Positions 52,964 through 62,652 of a stretch of 64,000 nucleotides of DNA are shown here, one piece after another (position 1 is the stretch's first letter; the number at the start of each line of letters is the position of its first letter). The DNA comes from a virus. Where the stretch lies: positions 104,333 to 168,332 of the IMG/VR virus record IMGVR_UViG_3300039183_000005; one strand, 5' to 3'. A program made the position numbers and the translations under genes. The notes below the pieces were generated by a model, which was given only the letters and a program-made list of their open reading frames with translations, was not told the origin of the DNA and searched no databases.

Positions 52964-53296
52964 TCAAAATCCGAGTGCCTTTTTCAGCATTTCATCCCTT
53001 TTCTTTTTAAAATTAGCTTCAAATTGATCTGGGGTCAGTTGTTGCACCACCCCTTTGTTGTCTGGCTTAGTTCGTTGGTCCGAGACGAGTTGAAGACTTT
53101 TATGATAGAAGCTAATCTCTTCATCTTCCAGACAAATTCCCGGCGTGAAATTCATTAGAACTTTAATCCACGGGTCTTCAGGATCGCCGAATATACCAAC
53201 AACTATTCCAGTTGATCCACTTAAGATCGGACCTTTGCCCGTTTTGACATCCATAATGGTTATGACACCGTCGCCTTTCTTGAAGACAGTAGACAT
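52964..53296 (-). CDS. SH3/KOW-like small protein with a conserved C-terminal tail
   Basis: FKKGD.V...G..GIV; GGAGG RBS before ATG 53296; tail KKKRDEMLKKALGF. Confidence 0.6.
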   Translation of the reverse strand: MSTVFKKGDGVITIMDVKTGKGPILSGSTGIVVGIFGDPEDPWIKVLMNFTPGICLEDEEISFYHKSLQLVSDQRTKPDNKGVVQQLTPDQFEANFKKKRDEMLKKALGF

Positions 53297-53741
53297 TCTG
53301 TATTCCTCCAACGACAAGACGTTAGCTATCGCCACTACACGACGATAGTCTACGGGATTAAAGAAACCAGATACAAATTTTGTACCTAGCGCCATTTTCA
53401 CCCACTTTGAACCACCCATCGCCACTAGGGTTTATGATTGCGTAGATTCGTATATACAAAGTGACATTTGCCAAACTGTATTAGAGCTGACCATGGCTTT
53501 GCAGTGCTTCGCAACGCGGTTTTTGACCCCGTAAGACCTGTTTTTGAGATATTCACTCCTTATACAAAACATACCCCCATAGTACCCTTGCTGCGCGCCA
53601 TCGTATGCGGTCAGGATTTTGTAGGGAATTTTGTACCTGGGACACAGACACACCGAGACTACTACAAAAATCCCCCGAATACTTTTAAAAATCCCCGGAT
53701 AGTTTTCAGAGAGCATGGTGTAGTTTTGTTGGGGTGATAAC

Positions 53742-54014
53742 TTATGAAAAAATCCGCTTCAATAGGTCGTCCCTGGCTTCTGATACACGCTTTTCGATAT
53801 TAACTATCGTGGTTACTGGCTGCGTGTTTGCCTGAATAGGCTCAAGCCTGTCATAGGCGAGCCAGAGACATCTTTTGTGGGTCTCTGTTTCTAGTGATAC
53901 TTCGCACAAATCGTGGTCTATTTGGACTATTGGACCTTCCATGCCAAGAATGTCTGGGGTTATTCCGTATACATCCCTAACAACAACTCTGTCACCAACT
54001 TGGAATTTTGACAT
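53742..54014 (-). CDS. SH3/KOW-like small protein with a conserved C-terminal tail
   Basis: MSKFQVGDRVVV...G.EG.I; AGGAG RBS; tail EARDDLLKRIFS. Confidence 0.6.
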   Translation of the reverse strand: MSKFQVGDRVVVRDVYGITPDILGMEGPIVQIDHDLCEVSLETETHKRCLWLAYDRLEPIQANTQPVTTIVNIEKRVSEARDDLLKRIFS

Positions 54015-54182
54015 TGGATTACTCCTACAAGAAATCAAATGGACGATACGGCATCTAATCCGTAAGCAATCGATATTGTCTTATGACAATCCCCAGGGAA
54101 CCAATTGCTCTAGCCTCAATTAATAGACTAATCATCCTAATGCGACGCGCCACAACATGAAGCAGCGCGCCACGAAAAAGAA

Positions 54183-54581
54183 TTACTTAATGATTGCTTT
54201 ACGATGTATAGACCTATGGCATGATTGACATAACCACCGAACGTCAAACCAGTGTTTTTCTTCGTAACCCAAATAATGGTGTGATTCTGTTTTGGCTGAT
54301 AGTCCACATTTACTACATACGCTCGGGCGAACAAGATGGCCGCTTTTAATTGCCTGATTCACCCTGTTTCTAGCTATGTTTTTGTAGTAATTTTTCTGCT
54401 TGCTGGATATTTTGTATCGTTTCTGAGATGTTTTTCCAGCTTCGGACTGACGCCATTTCTTGCGACGTTCCCTGTTTTTTCGGTCATATTTGAGGTATGC
54501 TTCTCTGCGACATTCTGGGCATCTCATTATCCCTGATTGTTTGGTATACTTCAAATTATGTTTGTCGCAAATCTTAGGCAT
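54183..54581 (-). CDS. HNH-like zinc endonuclease
   Basis: AIKSG.L.RP..CSKC...ESHH..Y....V.WLC..CH...H. Confidence 0.7.
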   Translation of the reverse strand: MPKICDKHNLKYTKQSGIMRCPECRREAYLKYDRKNRERRKKWRQSEAGKTSQKRYKISSKQKNYYKNIARNRVNQAIKSGHLVRPSVCSKCGLSAKTESHHYLGYEEKHWFDVRWLCQSCHRSIHRKAIIK

Positions 54582-55730
54582 CGCAAATCTCCCACAAAAA
54601 AGAGTGGAAAGGATTCCCCGCCAAATCCCATCCTACTGATATACCCATATGGCTATACACCAGTACCCACACATTTATGGCAAGCAAACCCACCAGACTT
54701 GCCACATTGAAATCAGGGATGCCGTACTAAATGGTCTCACACCCCGATAACAACATTCCCGACCCGTAGGTCCAACCAATCTACTTTTATGGACAACGCC
54801 CTACCTTTGCTGTCTTGCCAGCTATGCTACAAAAAATCGTTTACACGAAAATTTGATCTCGGCATGGAATAGGACGGTTTCATTGTGTCCTTCATTAACG
54901 ACAGTGTATTTCGCAGCGCGCAACCAGACCGGGCAATCGGTTTACTCTGGTTTTGCTAACTGGCTGTCGTGTCGTGCCGTTCAGCGTACCATCAGACACG
55001 TGGGCGCAACTCCAAACGTCCGACGAATCCAAACAAGTATGAAACTCTTACGCTATCCGATCGACCGACCCCGCGCGCCATCGGCATAGTTCACAAGACC
55101 ATTTTCGATAGAAATTACAGCGCAGAAAGTTTATCAGACTTGCTACGAGGATTGCCTATCACACGACAAAATCAAAGCCCATACTCCACGCTAGACGATA
55201 TTCCCATAACATACGTGAATAGTTAATGCACAATTCACAAAATACGTTTTCGCTGTTTATTGCCGAAATAAACCCTTGCTTGACGTATGGAGAAATCGCG
55301 CATACGATATGTTACTTATTCCGTCCGCGCCTAGACGGTATAGACTGAGCCCGCATTTCGGACTCTGCGTTTTGCCGCCGCTAGAACTGGCTTTCGACCC
55401 GATAATCGTTGTTCCGGTTTAGACCCGACTACGCACGTCTTGCGCTATCGACAGACCCTACTACGGCAATTATCGGACTACTAACCAACTCCGTCCGGGA
55501 ATACCCGACACTTATCGGACTCCCCGCCGTATTGGTTATGGGAACCGCTGACACATTTAGTGTGCCTATATCAGACAGACTTTACTCTGTCAGCGCGGAT
55601 GTTATCCGCCAAGCGATTCAATCCAGACTTTATATCTGAATGCCCATCGGTCCACACTCTGGACGCGCCGAGAGTTCTTCGGACTATGCTACTGAAACAG
55701 AATATCGCCCAAAGTGTGGTACGGCGGACA

Positions 55731-56060
55731 CTACTTGCTGACCGTCACAAAATCGCGCAGGGACTTACGAATACCACCGATGGACGCCCGACGACCCATA
55801 ATTCCGGCGGAGATATGGGACGCATTGAGGCCGATCCAACCATCGCGCTCCGGTGGCGTATATCCGGACCCTTCGGCGTAGGCCGTTTCGAGACGCGCCC
55901 ACGTCTCCTGAAGCGCAGCGATAGCATCCTCAAGAGTCTTGAACTTGGACGCGGCATCGACGATGCCCTTGTGGTCCTTATAGGACGCGGCCAAAGCCCG
56001 AAAATCATCCAGACTATACTCCGTCCCTACTTCATTCTCGGCAACCATAGCGTTGGACAT
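55731..56060 (-). CDS. Hypothetical protein, likely early and highly expressed
   Basis: GC-rich 109-aa ORF with an AGGAG RBS, downstream of a consensus sigma70 promoter. Confidence 0.65.
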   Translation of the reverse strand: MSNAMVAENEVGTEYSLDDFRALAASYKDHKGIVDAASKFKTLEDAIAALQETWARLETAYAEGSGYTPPERDGWIGLNASHISAGIMGRRASIGGIRKSLRDFVTVSK

Positions 56061-56249
56061 AACACAACTCCTATAGGAAAGTGTACATCCGTCCTATGCC
56101 GAAACTACCCCGTCCCGACTATAGGACGGACAAGTAGTGGACTAGGCTTTATTCGGACGCGCCTTGCACGCGCCTCTTGTTTTCGGTCCTAGACAGGACT
56201 TCGGCTTGCGTCCGTTTTCGTGTTATCAGTTTCTCATATCCTACATCAT

Positions 56250-56278
56250 ACTATAGATTTAGTTATACATACTGTCAA
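56250..56278 (-). promoter_or_regulatory. Sigma70-type promoter
   Basis: TTGACA-N17-TATAGT on the minus strand. Confidence 0.75.
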
Positions 56279-57238
56279 GGCGCGATCAAAAAAACTTTTC
56301 CGCCTTTTTAGGCTAAAATCCGCGTTATTATTATGCAATTGCCGATAATATCGAATTGTAACAACGTCCGCTTTTTTACATCCGATAATATCACCGTTTT
56401 TGATCGGTCTTATAAGAACACGTTATTATACGCCGTAATGCGCTATATTATCGAATCGTCCTATAGGATGTATTATGCTAGTTCAATAACTCAAAAAGGT
56501 CCAAATAATTTTGGCTTTCTTATGTGAATGGTTCAATAATACTTACACTTGTGCGCAAATGTAAGCATTTTTATCCAATAAGTCCGATAAAAATTTCAAT
56601 TTCCGATAATTTTAATTTGATATTATCAGATATTTACAATAATATCGTAGTCCGATAAGTAGATTCTCATAAAAATTGCCGTTTGTTGGCTGTAAACCGA
56701 GATATTATCGGAAAATACATGCACGCCAAACTAGAATCCGAACATGTCCGATAAAACCCACGGCCCAACGTCCTATAAATTACGGAGGTCCGCGCCTACC
56801 GATGGTCCGATAAAGTTTGAATCTGCGCAAAAATATAGGACCAAGAATTGCGCATGTCCTTGGTCCTATAATTCGGATCGGTTATCGGTCTAAACTGTTT
56901 AGGCGCTGTGCGAATCCGATAATTCTTTGCCTGTCGCTGTCCGATAATCTCGGATTGTTATTGGGCTTCCATTTCTTATCGGAACCGCGCCATACCAGTC
57001 CGATAAGCTTATGTTCGCATTCGATGCACCGATAAACTTGATAGATATTATCGGATATTCTGCTGAATACCAATAGGTTATCGGTCCTAGTGTTTTCACC
57101 CTGCGATTGCGCATGTCCGATAAATTTCTTCTCGTTTATGTTCACGTTATCGCTCCCTACCATAACGCAATAGTTATCGCTATCGCGTACAGTACTACTG
57201 CAATCCAGAATCTCGTTTCGCGCCCCATAATTCCACCG

Positions 57239-57550
57239 TTAGTCCAATAACCTAACATCCACGATGCCTACAGTATCGGACTCGTCAACGTCCGAAAACA
57301 TGAGATTCCCTATGTATCCGTAGTTATTGGCCAAGTTGGTTTCAAGTCCAACTTTAGCGCCGCGCTTGGTTGTGCCGAATCCGCACGCGCCGTAGGTCCG
57401 AGAATGGAATGGTCCGATAACCCATGCCATCCAATATCGGCCGTTTCTACTGTAGCAATAACGGACAGTCCGTTTTGCCGAAAGTTTACGATTTACGGCA
57501 TCGACCGATAATGCCGTACGTCCCGTCTGCCCGATAACTGAATTCCTCAT
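57239..57550 (-). CDS. Hypothetical protein
   Basis: AAGGA RBS; lies downstream of promoter 57591-57619. Confidence 0.6.
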   Translation of the reverse strand: MRNSVIGQTGRTALSVDAVNRKLSAKRTVRYCYSRNGRYWMAWVIGPFHSRTYGACGFGTTKRGAKVGLETNLANNYGYIGNLMFSDVDESDTVGIVDVRLLD

Positions 57551-57590
57551 TTTCCTTCTCCCGATAATAACTTGTTTCCGCGTTCACTAT

Positions 57591-57619
57591 ATTCTAGGCT
57601 AGCGCCGCAAGACAGTCAA
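57591..57619 (-). promoter_or_regulatory. Sigma70-type promoter
   Basis: TTGACT-N17-TAGAAT on the minus strand. Confidence 0.7.
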
Positions 57620-57623
57620 GGTC

Positions 57624-57947
57624 TTATAATGCTTTTTTCTCACCGGATAGCCTGCGAAGGATTATCGCTCGTTGCGCCTTTGTCGTCCGATAACGCCATC
57701 GGTCCAGGATGCTATGATTAGTCCCATAATGATTGCAGGCCCAAAATCCTAGTCCGATAACCACTATCGGTACAATCCATCCGATAAATCTTGCCGCTAT
57801 TCCGATAACGAATGTTGCTCCGATAATTCCTCCGATGGTACTAAGAAACAACATTGTAAAGCATGAGTAAATAGCCCAACCGTCTATGGTCCGATAAGAC
57901 GAATCTTCTTTCTTGGTAGCGATAACCATATCTCCGTAATCAAGCAT
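57624..57947 (-). CDS. Hypothetical membrane protein
   Basis: Two hydrophobic Ile/Gly-rich segments. Confidence 0.55.
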   Translation of the reverse strand: MLDYGDMVIATKKEDSSYRTIDGWAIYSCFTMLFLSTIGGIIGATFVIGIAARFIGWIVPIVVIGLGFWACNHYGTNHSILDRWRYRTTKAQRAIILRRLSGEKKAL

Positions 57948-58176
57948 TGCTTGAACTCCTAACGTGTCCGATAACTAGCTGATTCTCTAGCGTATCGTTT
58001 CCGATAACCCTCATTGCTCCCGATTCAAGTGTTACTATAACGAATCCTTCTTCTTCCGATAACATTCTTGCTGCGATGCGTCCGAAAGACATAGCAAGAG
58101 CGTCCGATAAACCCTCTGTCGCTGAGGGTCCGATATCTCCCATCTTCGGGATTTCCAGTTTCGCTTTACCGTACAT
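57940..58176 (-). CDS. Hypothetical protein
   Basis: AAGGAG RBS upstream of ATG 58176. Confidence 0.55.
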   Translation of the reverse strand: MYGKAKLEIPKMGDIGPSATEGLSDALAMSFGRIAARMLSEEEGFVIVTLESGAMRVIGNDTLENQLVIGHVRSSSNA

Positions 58177-58244
58177 TATAGGACTCCTTACACACGGGCC
58201 AAATTAGATTCAAATAACGTCCGACTATGCAGTCCCTTTGTTCG

Positions 58245-58493
58245 TTATCGGCCCAAGACGACCCTATCTACAATGTCCGATATACGAACGTAATCTTCAC
58301 ACTCCCGATAACTTGGCCAATTATCGGGCACTAGCAGAGAATCGGCGTTTCGGTTATCGGTCACAGAAACTACTTCGGCATGTTCCGATAACTTTAGCCA
58401 GTCGAGCAGGTCCGATAGGTATAGGTCCGGTACTGCGGCATACTTATTGAACCTACAATCCGGCGTCCGATATGTAATCACGTTATAGGTCAT
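58245..58493 (-). CDS. Hypothetical 82-aa protein (probable true start of the 183-aa track ORF)
   Basis: GGGAG RBS and TAATG coupling to the upstream microgene. Confidence 0.55.
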   Translation of the reverse strand: MTYNVITYRTPDCRFNKYAAVPDLYLSDLLDWLKLSEHAEVVSVTDNRNADSLLVPDNWPSYRECEDYVRISDIVDRVVLGR

Positions 58494-58582
58494 TACAGTC
58501 TCCCTGAAAGATCGTCCCATATTCCCCAAACCGCCAAACCACCGATAATTACCACTAACAAACATCCGATAAGCATGGTCAT
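58493..58582 (-). CDS. 29-aa single-TM microprotein (not in the ORF track)
   Basis: MTMLIGCLLVVIIGGLAVWGIWDDLSGRL; TAAGGAG RBS. Confidence 0.6.
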   Translation of the reverse strand: MTMLIGCLLVVIIGGLAVWGIWDDLSGRL

Positions 58583-58594
58583 AGTTATCGCTCC

Positions 58595-58762
58595 TTACAG
58601 AATGCGTCGCCCACAATGTGAAGTGTTCTTGCAATACCTCAGAGAACGGTACGTCCCGATAATTGCCCCAAGGATTGCTAGTCCGAGAACCACATAGATA
58701 CTGTGGTTCAGGTCCGAAAACAGCCAAGAGGTTACTTCGTTGATTAGAGTCTGATAATTCAT
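58595..58762 (-). CDS. 55-aa single-TM microprotein (not in the ORF track)
   Basis: MNYQTLINEVTSWLFSDLNHSIYVVLGLAILGAIIGTYRSLRYCKNTSHCGRRIL; AAGGA RBS; first gene after promoter 58801-58829. Confidence 0.6.
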   Translation of the reverse strand: MNYQTLINEVTSWLFSDLNHSIYVVLGLAILGAIIGTYRSLRYCKNTSHCGRRIL

Positions 58763-58800
58763 CGTTTCTTTCCTTTATGTTAGTGTCATCGTCCAATTAT

Positions 58801-58829
58801 ATTCTAGAATAGAATCTGCAAGAATGCAA
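58801..58829 (-). promoter_or_regulatory. Sigma70-type promoter
   Basis: TTGCAT-N17-TAGAAT on the minus strand. Confidence 0.6.
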
Positions 58830-58852
58830 GAAACAAAAAAGAAAAAAGTCAC

Positions 58853-59043
58853 GTCCTATAACTTAGTCCGTTTCGGTGATGTGTTGTGGTATGGTATCGG
58901 GCTAGTCCTATAACTCATACCTTGCATGTCATGCAAGATATTAGTCCGATAACTCGGCTTGATCGGTGGGTAGTCCGATAACTCGGTCTGGGGGTATGCT
59001 GGTAATATAGGTAAGTCCGATAACTCGGGCAGGGTCCGATAAC
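58853..59043 (+). repeat. Iteron-like direct repeats
   Basis: AGTCCGATAACTCGG exact at 58943, 58972 and 59014; GTCC[GT]ATAAC at 58853, 58905 and 59034. Confidence 0.85.
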
Positions 59044-59134
59044 GCACGGGGTTCATTCACAACAAGCCAAATTCCCCCACTCCCTACAACTTTTCGCGTA
59101 CACTCTTTCTTGTACCACCCACCTTATCCCCCAC

Positions 59135-59148
59135 AGGGGGTACCCCCT
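59135..59148. other. Perfect 14-bp palindrome AGGGGGTACCCCCT at the strand switch
   Basis: Read directly from the sequence. Confidence 0.8.
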
Positions 59149-59296
59149 TTTTCACACGCCAGGAGAAACCGCTTTATCGGCTCCAAAAATATCAAAAAAA
59201 AATCGGAGGAAGATGGAAAATAGGGGCGGATTTGACGTATAATAAGATAGCGGCAAAAGCCGCTCTCGTGAGCTACGCACCCTTATATTCCCTTTT

Positions 59297-59929
59297 GTGT
59301 CTTGCGAAATGGTCAATAACATGAGTTACACAATGAATAGAAAAATTCGGCATCCATATCAAATATTGAATATATCAGAATTAATTGTTGGAAATAATTA
59401 TTGTTTTATAAGCGACAATCCCAAAACAACATTTTTATCATCTTCAGTATATGTTGGTGTGATCGAAGATAGTCTCGCCGCAGCTTCTAAAAATGGATGC
59501 AATCTTAATACAACTCCGAATTCGGTGTTAACTTGTAGTGTGTTTACTGATCCTGCGATAATAGATACAACGTGGATAATAAAAAACAAATTAACATTAA
59601 ATATGTTTACAATTCACTTTGACTGCTGGATGCCAAATAATTTATTTACTGACGATTCGACATTAGTATATTGGGAAAAGAATGGAACAACAGCATGGGA
59701 TTATATGAGTACATTTTTGGGAAAAACAGAACTTAAAGGCAACACACACTGTATTATAGTACCACAAAAAAACTGGAATGATGATCAACGAATACACGTA
59801 CGGGACTGGGAAAATCCCGATTGCGTTATAGAACGAGCTAATATCAATACAATTGAAAATGCTGTGAACTGGGAAAAGAAAATGAGGGCCAAGAAGCATA
59901 CGGCTATGGCTAAAGCCTTAGGTTTCTGA
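59297..59929 (+). CDS. Hypothetical protein, first gene of the plus-strand block
   Basis: 210-aa ORF; GTATAAT at 59237-59243 upstream; tail AMAKALGF. Confidence 0.65.
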   Translation: MSCEMVNNMSYTMNRKIRHPYQILNISELIVGNNYCFISDNPKTTFLSSSVYVGVIEDSLAAASKNGCNLNTTPNSVLTCSVFTDPAIIDTTWIIKNKLTLNMFTIHFDCWMPNNLFTDDSTLVYWEKNGTTAWDYMSTFLGKTELKGNTHCIIVPQKNWNDDQRIHVRDWENPDCVIERANINTIENAVNWEKKMRAKKHTAMAKALGF

Positions 59930-60237
59930 GTGATGCTTGTTCTATGCCCAAGGGGGACTGGCAGGTAGAGTTTGTAGGGGACGAATAAATTAATAGAATA
60001 GACCTAGCTATGCACCATTGGATAATTCATAAGAATCGAGGCTGAATATGGACCCAGTAAAACAAGAGTTAATCGAATACTATGAGCGATTAGTAACTAA
60101 GGGTAGAGAAATTCACGAGCGCATTTGTCGGAATTGCCAACCAGGTGCCATACGTAATTCAAAAGAAGTGTGTGAACGGTACGAACGTTTTCTGGTGTGG
60201 GTTCGTCAAGCATCTTTAATAGATTTGAAGGTGAGTG

Positions 60238-60591
60238 ATGAGTGAAATTGATCTAGATAGACTATGGGCATGTGATTCATCACAGCGACGAAGCGGCAGT
60301 ACATTCCGAATGCTAGTTGAAGCAGCACAGCTCGTAGATTTCGATAGAGAAGATGTGTGGATTGTAGGGCGGAACAATGAACACGCCAAAAGCCTATGAA
60401 ATCAATTTCATGAAGTCGCTGAATTTTTGGATATTGAAATAGTCCGAGAAGGTATAGGTGTTATAGTTGTTGTTTATGATGAAATACATTATAAATATTA
60501 TTATTTTGTATCTGTTGATCGCCCACTTATTGAACAACGGCATTGTTTGTTCGATCATTCCATTAGTAAGAATAATCCAGTAAAATTTTGA
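60238..60591 (+). pseudogene. 117-codon ORF interrupted by a TGA at 60397-60399
   Basis: MSEIDLDRLW..QRRSGSTFRML..HAKSL*NQFHEVAEFL..LFDHS..; fills the gap between its neighbours. Confidence 0.55.
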
Positions 60592-61688
60592 AAGAAAATA
60601 TATGAATTTTTTGTTTTTTAAAGTAGCAATACTTATTGGAGTAGTAGCAGGTACAATAATTATTTGCATTGGTTCTTTTTTAGAGAGATAGAGAAAAAAT
60701 GAAATTGTATCTACTGACAAGGCTAGACAAAAGAAGTTGGGATGATTATATAGGTTTTGTTATTGTAGATGAGAAGGAGACAAGATAGGATGAGTATAAT
60801 TTCAATATACCAATGTGATTTATGTAAAAACAAAACGGATGAAGTTATTGGTTTTGATATATGGCCAATGTCGGCAGATAGTAGGTGTGTTAGGCATATA
60901 AACAGAGATGATCCATCAAAATCTCTAGTGCATATTTGTGATTTGTGCCGGAAAGCCATAAAATCCCTTGATTAAATTTGGAGAAAGAAAAATGAAGAAT
61001 AATACACGATTTTTAGTATTTTTGTTTTCGCTGTGGCTGGGGATTATAATGTTGGTTATTGTTTTAGCATTGGCAACAAATGATCTTAATGCGTGTCGTA
61101 ATCAGCTTGCAAATTGTGAAGAACTTTATTCTAAAGTGGTTGATGTAGAAAATCAAAAAACTGAGAATTTGCCAAGGATTGTTAGATGAAGAAAGAAAAA
61201 ACGATAAAAGCCTGGGTTCATCTTGAAGGTTTTAATCCTATATGCTGGGGATGGTGGTGTTATCCCTTTCTTAATGTTAAAATGAGTGGAGTAACAGAAA
61301 CGCCGATGGGGGCTAAGAGGGCGGCAGAGCGAACCATTAAGAGACTAGGATTTAAGCCTGAAGTTAAAATCTTGTGGCCCAAGAATACCATTAGTACAGT
61401 AAAGGCGATATAAATGAATTTGAAATTAATATATATTTTAGTGATTGTTGTAGTTATCTGCTTGATAACAGTATTGTGGCATTATAGGCCAGAGAAATGT
61501 ATTATGGAACAGAATCCGACAAAAGTTGTTGGTGGGTACATTAAGCATTTTAGGGGTTTGTTTTCGTCAGATCAACCAAGATATGTATTATTCTACGAAG
61601 GCAAATTTGAACGAACTGGTAAGACATGCGAAGTGTTCCAATATGTTACTGAAAGAGAATATGAACGTCAAATGTATGGATATTAAAA

Positions 61689-62597
61689 ATGAAAATTGCA
61701 TATATTAACAAACGATTTTCAAAAACATCTTTAGCTATTATTGAATATGCTAACGATATCATTGAAGAATATGCTAGTCAAGGTTATACGTTAACACTTA
61801 GACAGCTATATTATCAATTTGTTGCTCGTGATCTTATAGCTAATCGTCAGTCAGAATACAAGAGACTTGGTTCTGTCATAGCAGATGCCCGTCTGGCTGG
61901 AATGGTTGACTGGAATGCTATCGAAGATCGCGGTAGAAATATCCACCGCCCCGTTACATGGGAAAATCCACCTACAATAATTGATGCTTGTGCCGAACAG
62001 TATAAACTTGATCTTTGGAAGGATCAGAACTATCGTCCTGAAGTGTGGATAGAAAAAGAGGCATTGTTATCTATTGCTCAAGCTGCTTGTGAACCATATC
62101 GTGTTCCTTACTTTGCGTGTAAAGGATATGTTAGCCAAAGTGCAATGTGGGATGCAGGCGCAAGACGCATAAGGTCATATATTAATGCAGGGCAGATTCC
62201 GGTCGTTATACATCTAGGTGACCACGACCCAAGTGGCATTGACATGACACGAGATATTTTTGAAAGACTTGATTTGTTTATAGGTGATCCTATCGATATC
62301 AAACGTATTGCCCTGAACTTTAGTCAGATAGAACAATACAAACCACCGCCAAATCCTGCGAAAATAACCGATTCCAGGTTCAACGGTTATGCCGATAAGT
62401 ATGGAGAAGAATCATGGGAACTCGACGCTCTTTCTCCAAAAGTTTTAGTTTCATTAATTCAAGATGAAATATTTTCGTTATTAGATAAAGAAAAATGGGA
62501 TATTTTGATAGAACAAGAAAAACACGAGAAAGAAACTCTTTCGGCAATTGCCGATAACTATGATTTGGTAATCAAGGCGGTTAGCGAACGTGGGTAA
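61689..62597 (+). CDS. Topo VIA/Spo11-like TOPRIM domain protein
   Basis: TLRQLYY; EVWIEKEAL; KGY.S; GDHDPSGIDM; WELDAL. Confidence 0.8.
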   Translation: MKIAYINKRFSKTSLAIIEYANDIIEEYASQGYTLTLRQLYYQFVARDLIANRQSEYKRLGSVIADARLAGMVDWNAIEDRGRNIHRPVTWENPPTIIDACAEQYKLDLWKDQNYRPEVWIEKEALLSIAQAACEPYRVPYFACKGYVSQSAMWDAGARRIRSYINAGQIPVVIHLGDHDPSGIDMTRDIFERLDLFIGDPIDIKRIALNFSQIEQYKPPPNPAKITDSRFNGYADKYGEESWELDALSPKVLVSLIQDEIFSLLDKEKWDILIEQEKHEKETLSAIADNYDLVIKAVSERG

Positions 62598-62652
62598 TTA
62601 TTGGGTTTTATCTGTCTACTATATTGTGCGTCTGGCAACTGAATTTTAAAAA

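Larger units (their letters stand above)
56341..59180. repeat. Dispersed array of about 50 CCGATA motifs (consensus GTCCGATAA)
   Basis: Hand count of 39 CCGATA on plus and 13 on minus in about 2.85 kb, plus GTCCTATA variants. Confidence 0.9.

Noticed and set aside
168-56192. Plus-strand ORFs from the track left of 59 kb
   Set aside because: Most are antisense shadows of well-supported minus-strand genes, and none shows a recognisable motif.
58245-58796. 183-aa ORF as a single gene
   Set aside because: Its TTG start has no RBS and sits at the promoter. Three RBS-led ORFs tile the interval better.
58853-59043. CRISPR array
   Set aside because: The repeats are only 10-15 bp, spacing is irregular (about 20-50 bp), and there is no cas operon. 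The PD-(D/E)XK nuclease at 7.4 kb is a common stand-alone phage gene.
58856-59056. 66-aa ORF (ELSD/YRT repeats)
   Set aside because: It is the translation of the DNA repeats and is most likely spurious.
29866-60399. Stop-codon reassignment (TAG or TGA recoding)
   Set aside because: All three stop codons interrupt genes, all three also end normal genes (dnaB ends in TAG), and long genes are intact under code 11.
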